Shown one piece after another: positions 13,119-21,993 of a DNA stretch of 42,044 nt (its first letter is position 1; each line of letters opens with the position of its first letter). This DNA comes from Hyphochytrium catenoides (Eukaryota; Protista; Hyphochytriomycota), in assembly GCA_900088475.1 (NCBI GenBank), contig FLMG01004602.1, positions 1-42,044 on the forward strand, written 5' to 3'. A program made the translations under genes and the position numbers. The notes beneath the pieces are model-generated. The model worked only from the letters and a program-made list of their open reading frames with translations, did no database searches and was not told the DNA's origin.

Positions 13119-13303
13119 GCTTTCAACGAAATGCTGCACCTCAGGCCTTGCTCTAAACTGGTGTCTGTTGGATCCTGCTTTCGTCTTAACTTCTGTTCCG
13201 ACTCTGACACTCTGACAACGCTGAGTAGGAGATGGGGCAGTTCTCGATCAACTGTCCGTGCTATCATCTGCTGCTCCTGCTGCGGCTCCTCCTCCGCCTT
13301 GCA

Positions 13304-13344
13304 TGACATGACTGACATGACTGACATGACCTCTTTGACATGAC
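13304..13344. repeat. TGACATGAC x4 in the divergent NADSYN1/IMP2 intergenic region
   Basis: Copies at 13304, 13313, 13322 and 13336. Confidence 0.9.
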
Positions 13345-13973
13345 CAGAGCTCGTCAGAAAACTTAATCGTAATGGGAAGAAAGATCTGGGAACATTTGAA
13401 ACCTTTCTTCATCGAAATAATTGAAATGTATATAAGCATCAGTGCAGTCTCTTGGGCGTGGCCACAGTTTGAGGTTCCTAGTTATTTCGCATGATGATGT
13501 CAACATGATCGGACCCACAGCCTTGAAGCTTTCAGATGAGAACAGAAACCTTTCTGGATGAGCTTTCCAAAGCTGTCCGTTACCAGCCTCTTCTGGCAAT
13601 CATCCTTTCATGTGCTTTATCAGTTTTTTCAGTTCACCTTGTGCACCTCATTTGGGGCGCTGTCTTGGGCCGATGCGCTTGTCTCTGCATACACTTGGCA
13701 GCTCAAGACGAGACTCAAGACCGGCCAACAGCTCCCATCATCTATCCTCAAACCTTGTATGTTGGCCCAAGGTCAGTTCACGTCTGTGTCTTCTGGAACC
13801 GCGCCTGCAATTGTAATTGTTACTTCACGGGGTCCGCCGGCATTCGGAGCTCAGAGAGACATTGTTATGCGGAGCGACTTTGCCTAATTGGATGATTGCT
13901 GTCAGAACTCCTTGCTGTTGAGGGGAGAGTAGGTGGCTCCATTTTAGCGCAATATAACAGACACAGCTCAAAA

Positions 13974-14601
13974 ATGTGGGAGAAAGGCTCCACCTTATAC
14001 AAGTCAGCCGTGTTCTGCGCTAATGTTGCCCTTTGGGTTCCGGTGGGAATCGCCTTCAACGACCACTTCTACAGCGTTGCTACCGTCTCGGGTAGATCAA
14101 TGCAGCCAACTCTCAACCCCGAACTGGGGAAGGGAGGTTCCTCAAGAGATAGGGTTATTATCAGTCGCTTACATAGGGCTTCATACAAAAAAGGTGACGT
14201 CTATGTCATGAAGTAAGTACAGTTTTGGTGTTTTACCTGTTGGCCTGCACCTCATACACTGATGATCAGGAGCCCGACAAAGCCCGGTAAGACCATTGTT
14301 AAACGCATAGTGGGTCTACAAGGCGAATGGGTGAGAATGCCAGATGCAGAGATGATCCGGATACCAATGGGAAGCTGCTGGGTAGAAGGCGACAATGAAT
14401 CCACAAGTGAAGATAGCAAGACCTATGGACCGGTAAGGAGAACAGATGCGATGACGAAAGTTGCCAGCTTATTAACTCGACCTCCGACGTAAGGTCCCTT
14501 TGGCTCTTGTGGAAGGCAAGGTCGTGGGCATCATCTGGCCGCCAAGTCGGATAGGAAAGCTTCCCACTAAAGACCCGGTTGGGAGACGCATAGAAACGTG
14601 A
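13974..14601 (+). CDS. IMP2: Mitochondrial inner membrane protease subunit 2 (peptidase S26), 169 aa, 3 exons
   Basis: Exons 13974-14212, 14270-14432, 14494-14601. Motifs GRSMQPTLNP (catalytic Ser), VKRIVG (Lys), CWVEGDN...SEDSKTYGPVP, IIWPPSR, and N-terminal WVPVGIAFND. Confidence 0.93.
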
Positions 14602-15682
14602 CCCATCTCCTCTTAGGCCATCATCAGAAGACCGTCGCTTAAACGCGCATGCACATTATCGCTGTTACAACTAATGCCCTTATTTATGAATGATCTATAA
14701 ACAACACTTGGAAAAAAGCCTAGGCCAAGAAAGTAAAGTCACTAGAGTGAGAAAGTTGACACTCCATTGCCACGTGTTATTACCTAGGACCTGGCACGAA
14801 TGGAAGCCGAAGCTTGTGTTGCACAAGTTAGTGCCAATTCTTCAACACATTTTTATAAAACAATCACATTAGAACATGGATCTCCTTCTCTCATCATCCC
14901 AACCTCATCGCCACTTCTGTGCCCCTTATGAACCCTTATCCCTTCCATGGAGACTAACCTCCGCTGAGGAAGGCTCAATAGGATAGCTATTGCCAAAGAT
15001 AATATCGCCTAAGGTCAGCATCACGAAAGCGATGTGCCGATGAGGAGGAAGAGGGGGAAGAGAAAACCGACGACCCCATAGGCTAGAGGAGGCTGTACGT
15101 AGCGCGATGAGTGGCGTTCAATCTTAACAGCCACAACGACGACAAAAGAAAACTCAAAGAGCTGCAAATGGATGACAAGAGAGAACGTCTAGCGACAGAT
15201 GGAGAGTTGGAGCGCAGCTAGCGCAGAGAGTACTATGAAGAGAGTTCGCATTGAAGCTTCATCAGAACTAGCTTCATAACTTCATCATCAATCATCATCA
15301 AGATTATTGTTGCTGCCTTGTAAAAACAATCATACAAGCCACCCAGAAATCCTCCTGGGGTAGGAATATTTCATTGCAGAGCTTATTTTTCCCTACAAAC
15401 AATGCAAAAAGGGAGACTTGACTCAAGGTTGCAATCCATAGTTCCCGGAAGGTTACACTATTGCAACTCTTGACTGGTGGTGAGAGACTACAGTAATACG
15501 CTCCACAAGATACGTTACACTGAGGTATTGTAGCGGCATAGAAAGTAGTAATACACTCGCGCCGCGCGGCTGCCGCCCTTCATTCCTTAACGAAACTCAT
15601 TGTCTTGCGATCAAAAGCTGCTGAAGACGGAGATCTGTGAGGCCTGGCAAGAAGATTATTGCCACCACCTATCATTGGCGGA

Positions 15683-15703
15683 TTCTCCTCTCCATACATC
15701 AAG
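15683..15703 (+). promoter_or_regulatory. Putative RPL28 non-coding first exon with a pyrimidine (5'TOP-like) start
   Basis: TTCTCCTCTCC followed by the donor AAG|GTAAGA at 15704; the intron ends CTACAG|ATG at 16237/16238. Confidence 0.55.
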
Positions 15704-15850
15704 GTAAGAAGAAGGAAGAGACGATTCCTGGCTATAAGTTATGATGGGAGCATCTGGAAGGGTTTAGCGTCTAGCCTTGGAGCCTGAGGTTCCAGGAAAA
15801 GTTGACTTTAGGAAGGGTTGGCAGTGAGCGACTTCTGAGGATCAAGCAAC

Positions 15851-15928
15851 ATCGGGTGATGACGAAGAAGCAAAGACAACAACTTTAAAACTGAAGTTCG
15901 TTGATGACTCGCATACGCACTGAACCCC
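15851..15928 (+). ncRNA. Box C/D snoRNA, copy 1 (RPL28 5'-UTR intron)
   Basis: C GTGATGA 15856, D' CTGA 15891, C' TGATGA 15902, D CTGA 15920; flanking stem CATCGG/CCGATG; guide CAACAACTTTAA complementary to the conserved 18S sequence UUAAAGUUGUUG. Confidence 0.85.
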
Positions 15929-16041
15929 TTCGCGCCGATGGTCTTCCATAACTTATGGCACTATGGGGTAGTGTTAGGACCTTTTAGAATAGCGTAAGGG
16001 AAATAGAGGGTGTCAGCAACCGTGACCATTTCAAATGTTGT

Positions 16042-16115
16042 GGGGGTGATGACGAACTTTTAGCCAAAGCAACAACTTTTCTGAAGTCCGTTGATGACCG
16101 AGCAAGCTGAACCCC
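16042..16115 (+). ncRNA. Box C/D snoRNA, copy 2 (RPL28 5'-UTR intron)
   Basis: C GTGATGA 16046, D' CTGA 16081, C' TGATGA 16092, D CTGA 16107; terminal GGGG/CCCC stem; guide GCAACAACTTT complementary to 18S AAAGUUGUUGC. Confidence 0.85.
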
Positions 16116-16237
16116 TTGCATTGGAATGGAGGCAGTGGCCAGTACTTGGAGGGGTAGCAATTATGGGGTGTCACATGTCACTCCTAGATCACTTAGCTGC
16201 TTATGCTGACGAATCATTTGCTCTCTTGGTGCTACAG

Positions 16238-16947
16238 ATGTCGGACGCTCTCACCTGGTTGCTCGTCAAGAACAGCAATGCCTTCCTTGTGAAGGCTAAC
16301 GGCAGGACCAGACGCACTGGCGCCGTTCAGTTCAGCAGGGAGTCTGGAAACCTGTACAACTTGAACACCTTCAAGTACTCTGGCCTTGCCAACTCTAAGA
16401 CCGTTGACCTGAACCTCAAGGACAAGACTGTACGAATATAATCTTCTGTCCTCATGTCTGCTTGGTATTTGGTGTCTGTATATCGCCATTTCTTCTCTTA
16501 AGGCATTGCTCGTCTCGTTACTTACCTGTGGCTGGGCCTCAAGCTGGGATTCTCAAGATATTGTGCTTCAAGCTGGGATTTGCGAGACATTCTGTTGAGC
16601 GTTAGCTCGTTCTCTGCACTCCTTCATGACTAGATTCTGAGCCTTCAGGAGGAATCATATTCGCGTCACTCATTTTACCTCGTCAATCCTCCTGGTAGGT
16701 CTACCTCACCACCAAGGTGAAAGGCAAGGCTCGCAAGCCTGCCAAGGCTACCGCCACGGTCCCTCTCAAGAAGGGATTCAGGAAGGTCGCCAAGACCATC
16801 ACCAACACCGTTGCTTCCAACTACTACCGTGAGGACCTCAAGGCCGCTGCTCTGGCCCGCTGGACCAACCTGAACAGAGTGGCTCAGATTGAGAAGGGTG
16901 TAGTGAAGAAGGCTAAGGTCCGCCGCTCTAGAAATGTAAGAAGCTAA
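16238..16947 (+). CDS. RPL28: 60S ribosomal protein L28 (eL28), 146 aa, 2 coding exons
   Basis: Exons 16238-16429 and 16699-16947: MSDALTWLLVKNSNAFLVK...FSRESGNLYNLNTFKYSGLANSKTV...NYYREDLKAAALARW. Confidence 0.96.
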
Positions 16948-17362
16948 GCGCTATGTCTTTGACATAGATGAATGAGCGGAGAGGAGAAAGAGGCGGGTTG
17001 TGCAGATTGCCGCGGCTCCTCCTCATGAGGAAGTCTGCTAATAAAGGCACAAGCTCCGACATTATAGTCGCTTCCGACAAAAACCGGGATATCCCTGGCA
17101 TCTTTCACCTCTCTATCACTGTCCGGTCTCCCGTCTCCCCTATTCTCTCCTTCCTCCTCTACATCGTTCCGAATGGTGGTCAGGCTGAGAGTGATAACCG
17201 AGGAAGTCTGAGTGATAAGAGGGTCTAAGTATCAACTACCGTGAGAAGAAGGAAGTGAGGGTGGTCTCATTGGGAACTTTCTGACACTTGAAAACCGAAA
17301 GGCTAGAAGCAGTGAAGGAAAGGCGCCCTCAACATGAACTAGCATGATTTTCACTTATGTTA

Positions 17363-18823
17363 TCAACTGTAGAACTTCATCTGCCACTCATTCTCATACA
17401 CTGCGACTGTGTACAAACCCCAGCAGATAAGGGTCAAAACGATGATGTTGATATTGTGAGCAGGAGCGGTGAACATGAGCCGAAGGTAGTCTTCAGCGAC
17501 GTAGACAAAGAGGCCATCAAGACAGATTTTCACCAAGATAATAAAGAAGGTGAGTGCAAGCCCGTTATCAGCCAGAGACTTGAAGTCGCTACGTAGAGGG
17601 AACCCCGTGCAATTTTCCCCGACAGGGCCATAAAGAGCTGTGTCAAAGATTCCCGCTAGTACGAGTGCCAGCCAAGGGATTGCGCTGCCAATTGAAGAAA
17701 AGCATGAGCAAAGATGGTCTAAAAGATGCAATGGAGGGAAGGAGCTTATAAACGCTTGTTGGATGAGAAAGACCGGGTACAGACTACTCTTAGACAGAAG
17801 CAATAAGCTCTGACTTAAGGCGACGGCTGATAACGGAGCAATAATAGAGGCACCAAGGAAGCCTCAGCACCAGCGCGCAGAAATGAGACGTAATATCAAT
17901 TCTCTGGAGTACGGAAGAGAGAGAGACAGAGAGCCTTACCCTATCGCAATGTCCGCTCCCCTCCAGATTCTTGTGGACCTGAATGGTGGTCTTCGCTTTT
18001 TCTTCAGAATATACCGCGCCACAAGTTGTTGATAATCACAGCGGGAGCAGATTTGACAGACCCAGATCATCAGGGCATAAAGGGCCTTCCCAATGTCTTC
18101 TACCTTCTTCCGTTCTCCTCCATCCTCTGTCTCGGCCTGCTTCATGTCTACACCGTTCTTGGCCCCTGCGGCGCTGTCAAAGCCGTAGAGACCCCCCAAC
18201 AGTAGTGATTCACACCAGATTGCGGCGATGCAGGCTACCACGAAGATATCTTCATTCGTTAACACGGTGACTGCTGACTTGATCATTTGGAACTCAACGC
18301 GGAGAAGAGAGCGGAGGAGAGAGACTACTATTGGCCAGCAAATGAGAAAAGCTCTCCACCCCTGCTCCCCTGCGTTCTCTCTGATATATGGGATGCAATA
18401 GTTCAAGCCCAGATCCAATACCTGGAGGCTGAACAGTAGAATAAATAAAGGGGCGACGAGGTGTAGCTTTTGCCAGCCCATTGATATGGTGGCAGTGACG
18501 AGGCTGGACAGAAGGAGGAGCAAGGAAAGAGAACAGCCAAGTAAATTGATAAGGGCAGGAGAAAAGCAGCAGGGATAACAATGGTCAGTAAGGTAGTAGA
18601 CGGCGGATTGCAAGTGCTCGTGCATAGAACTATATGAAGAGTAGGAATAGAAGACTTTTGATGAATAATAGGTTAGCAGGAAGCTTAGGTGACAGACCTC
18701 AAAAAAGGACAACTTGATAGGGACCCAAGGGGCAAAAGAAGAGGATACTACGGAGTGGGGGAGATGGCCAAAAGAGAAAAAGAGATTAAGATGACCAGCT
18801 GGAAGAGAGAGAGAAAGGAAAAG

Positions 18824-18857
<34 letters not shown>

Positions 18858-20107
18858 AAGAGAGAGAAGAGATCAGAGTAGGAGAGGGATGGGAAGAGAG
18901 TAGAGGAAGGTGGGAGATTGGAAGGACTCACCTGACAATAGACCCGGCTAACCATGCATAAACTACGTTGACGCCTGTCCCTACGAGAACTATGAAATAT
19001 ACCGCCGTCGCCATAAAAAGCGAGATAAAGCTGTGGCGCAAAGAAGATTTGCTGATACGTAACACCACCAGACAGATTGTGAGCCCGATGAACCAGCCGA
19101 TGAGTCCTTTGCGAACTGCACCCTTGATTGCCTCCACAGAGAAGGGTTCGCATGTGCACCTGATTGAAAAGAGAGCAGACCACGGAATATTCATTAGAGA
19201 GAGCAAGTAGGAGCAGCTTATTATAGGGAGTAGTGCAGCAATAAAGAGAGCCTATCGGGGTAATAGGAGGCAAAGGGATGATGGCGGATCATCACTCGCT
19301 GAAGGAGAGAAGAGGGAGAGATGGACCTAGATAAGCAAAAAAACCGGTTCCTTACGTCATCAGCGTTGTCTCTGCCTCGCTATAGCAAAGCGTCAGGAAG
19401 GAGGACACCTCTGGCAAGGAAAGGAGTGCGTACATCCCAGCGAAAAGGAAGGTTGAGACCGCCATCGCTTTTCCTCTAAGCCTAAGGTCTCCTTTGGTGA
19501 TGGGAGTGGATATATTGATCAGCTGCACACCAGGACCTCGAGAAGCCATACTCTTAAGCATATACGTGAGGTCGCCCTCGCCTCCACGATCTCCCCCAGC
19601 ACCAGAACCCTCTCCGCCTCCTTCCCTTCTTGTTCCTCTCCCATTATCTGCATCCTTGGCGACGTCTACCAACGCATGCACTGCATGAACTGCTGATCTT
19701 GCTTGGCTCCACAGTCTCGCAGAAGCGGTCTTTCCACTGCCAATAGATGGAGAAGGAGTGATTGCTGAGGCCTGAGATGGAGAGATTGCAGTTACAGTGC
19801 CCTCTTGGTAAGAAACGGGGCTAGAAGAACGTTCTCCCACTCCTTCATCTCCAATTTCTGGTCCCGGGAGGGCATGTGACACTCTCCTTTGTTTGTTGGC
19901 TTTTACAATCTCGGCTCTTCGCTGCGGATCAAGGCCGCCTGTAGGGCTGGGACCACCGTCAGTGCTGACGGAACGCAGTCCAATACGCGCTGGAGGAGGT
20001 TCTGGCTGAATCTTGAAACTTAAGGATGGAATCACCCCTGGGCGAGTTGATGGTGCGGAGTTGACATTTGGAGGGGAGGAGGAGGAAGTAGGCTTCTCCT
20101 CTGCCAT
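17363..20107 (-). CDS. Uncharacterised multi-pass membrane protein (about 634 aa, 4 exons)
   Basis: Exons 20107-19409, 19251-18932, 18503-17940 and 17684-17363 join in frame (1905 nt) with GT-AG introns. A Ser/Pro/Gly-rich disordered N-terminus is followed by many hydrophobic segments. Confidence 0.75.
18802..18872. repeat. Imperfect (GA)n microsatellite in intron 2 of the membrane-protein gene
   Basis: GAAGAGAGAGAGAAAGG...GAGAGAGAGAGAGAGAAAGAGAGAGAGAGAGAGAAAG. Confidence 0.9.
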
Positions 20108-21367
20108 TATGGCCTAAAGTCCCAAGCAACTGGTCCTAGCCAGCAACAACTTTCTGACGGCCAATGCAGGAGCTTTTCAGTATGGTAGGAAAGGGGACGG
20201 CGTCTCCCGATGACGGTAAAATAGCTCCATCATCTACTTTCCGTTTAGAGTTTCTCTCTTTTCTTTCCGCTCAGACAGCATCCTCCTCGCTGTTGCTATG
20301 TATGGTGGGGAGCTTCATGGTCTTCCCAACCGTTCCGCTAAGCACTACCTCACAATCTTCTTATAGCAAGTGCCAACTGTGGCCGGACAGTGATAACTGC
20401 TGCCTAGCAAGCTAGAAGCTCGTTATTGTAAGGTCGAACAGCCATAGGAGGGAACAACCAACATTAAAAGCAAGAGGACATGAGAAGCTTCAGAGCTCAG
20501 ACCACTTGTTCCGGCACACAGGCCCAGTGAAGAAGGGGAAGGGTGACGATATGGCGGACACAGAGAAGATAAAATCTCTGCAATGCTGTCTGCCGATATG
20601 CAAGGGCCGCCACTAGGCATATAGGATAGCTCAAGCTAACGATGAATAGGCTAAGACTGCCAGTTCCACATCTCTTGTTCGATAGATTAGCGATGTCGCT
20701 TAATTGGGGACAGGAGGCCGCTGCCCAAGGAGAGAATGACCCATTAGTATGTTGTGGGGCTAGCGCTGTGAGACAGTTCGGACTGACATGTGTCTTAGCT
20801 TTTACCACCTTGCTCTTCATATTCTCTCTTCCTCCGCTAAGCAGTATCAGCAGGACAGGCAACAAGAAGAGGAAGGGGATGTTGCTCTGCTAGCACCGAA
20901 GGGAAGAAGATGAGACAGGCAAGACCAGTGCTGGAGGAGGTAGCCAAAGTCGAGTAGAAGGTGAAGGAAGCCTGCACTCTCGCTCGTCCTCCTGCCCTTA
21001 TCGAATGAAGGAAGCAAGAACGGAGTATAAGAAAGGGAAGAGCCATGGGAAGAGGGTATAAGAAGTTAAGGTCAGCCATTGCCAAGGGCAATCAATATGA
21101 GGGGACTCTTGCCTAGAGGAGGAAGGAAGAAGAGGAAGGGAGCGGGTTGACCAGTGCTGCGTGCACGTCATCCATCTGATGGGCAAGGAAGGAGGTCTCT
21201 CTGGAATCTGTAACCGACGAGGATTGCCTTCAGACAGGTACGACGAATAAAAGTGTGGTGTGTTATCCCTAGAATTTAGTTACCTTTTTGAAGTACTTTG
21301 ATAACTTATTTCAGGAAGGCGGATCAGCTTTAGATTCAGAGGTCTGCCCAGACTGTACAGCTTCTTC

Positions 21368-21451
21368 CCGGCCTTAGCTCAGTTGGTAGAGCGATTGACT
21401 GTAGTAGTCACAGACATCAATTGGTCGCTGGTTCGATTCCGGCAGGCCGGA
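21368..21451 (+). tRNA. tRNA-Tyr(GUA) with an 11 nt intron (21405-21415)
   Basis: Acceptor stem CCGGCCT/AGGCCGG plus discriminator A; D arm TAGCTCAGTTGGTAGAGC; anticodon stem ATTGA/TCAAT with GTA at 21401-21403; intron at the canonical 37/38 position; T loop GGTTCGATTCC. Confidence 0.97.
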
Positions 21452-21454
21452 AGC

Positions 21455-21460
21455 TTTTTT
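21455..21460 (+). terminator. Pol III oligo-T terminator of tRNA-Tyr
   Basis: TTTTTT a few nt after the discriminator base. Confidence 0.85.
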
Positions 21461-21993
21461 CCATCCAAGGTTTGGTACTACTCCTACTGTAATTCACTTG
21501 ATACCTCTTCACTCGTACAGTAGAGCTATGGCTTTCCTTGTAAACATCGCCCACGGTCAGTTACTACCCTTTCGCTTCAATTAGACGCATATACAGTTAT
21601 GTATTCCACCAAGAATAATACCTTACTATAGAGTGATCATCGTGCTCTTTTTTACAGGAAGTCTATCGTTATTCAAACCCATCATTGTCGCATATCGTGG
21701 TGCGGGTACAAGAAGAGCGTACTGACGATCGGTCTAAAATGCTGTCATCACAATCCGACTTTCTTATTATTTTGTCGCCGCAATCGTTGAGCTTCATTTC
21801 TGATTTGAGAAGATCAATTAGCGTTGACCATCCAATAGCTTTCTTCAGAATTACGTCGAAAATCTCGATAAGCCGCCAGGTAGCTAGAGTTGAGTCCAGC
21901 TGAGGCGGGCTTGCTATCCGTGACGTGTGAGCCTGACGGAACCATAGCAGAGATAGGCCGCTTGTGGCTGTCAAAGCTGAGAGCGGAGGGAGG

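Noticed and set aside
13120-13139. 20 nt GT-AG intron fusing the upstream ORF in frame to NADSYN1
   Set aside because: Far shorter than any other intron here (about 55 nt or more) and has no branch motif; the conserved protein starts naturally at 13118.
5354-14493. AAG 3' splice sites (5356, 6451, 9355 on minus, 14493) as a special splicing feature
   Set aside because: About 4 of nearly 70 introns, which is within the normal minor use of AAG acceptors.
14940-15270. Short charged coding-like stretch between IMP2 and RPL28
   Set aside because: Multiple stops, no splice logic and no recognisable domain.
15740-15838. Third snoRNA in the RPL28 intron (ATGATGG...CTGA)
   Set aside because: Imperfect box C, no terminal stem and no recognisable rRNA complement.
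17936-19273. 445 aa ORF as a separate gene
   Set aside because: It is exon 3 of the membrane gene extended through a pyrimidine-rich intron (the CT microsatellite reads as LSLSL) and an alternative frame of exon 2.
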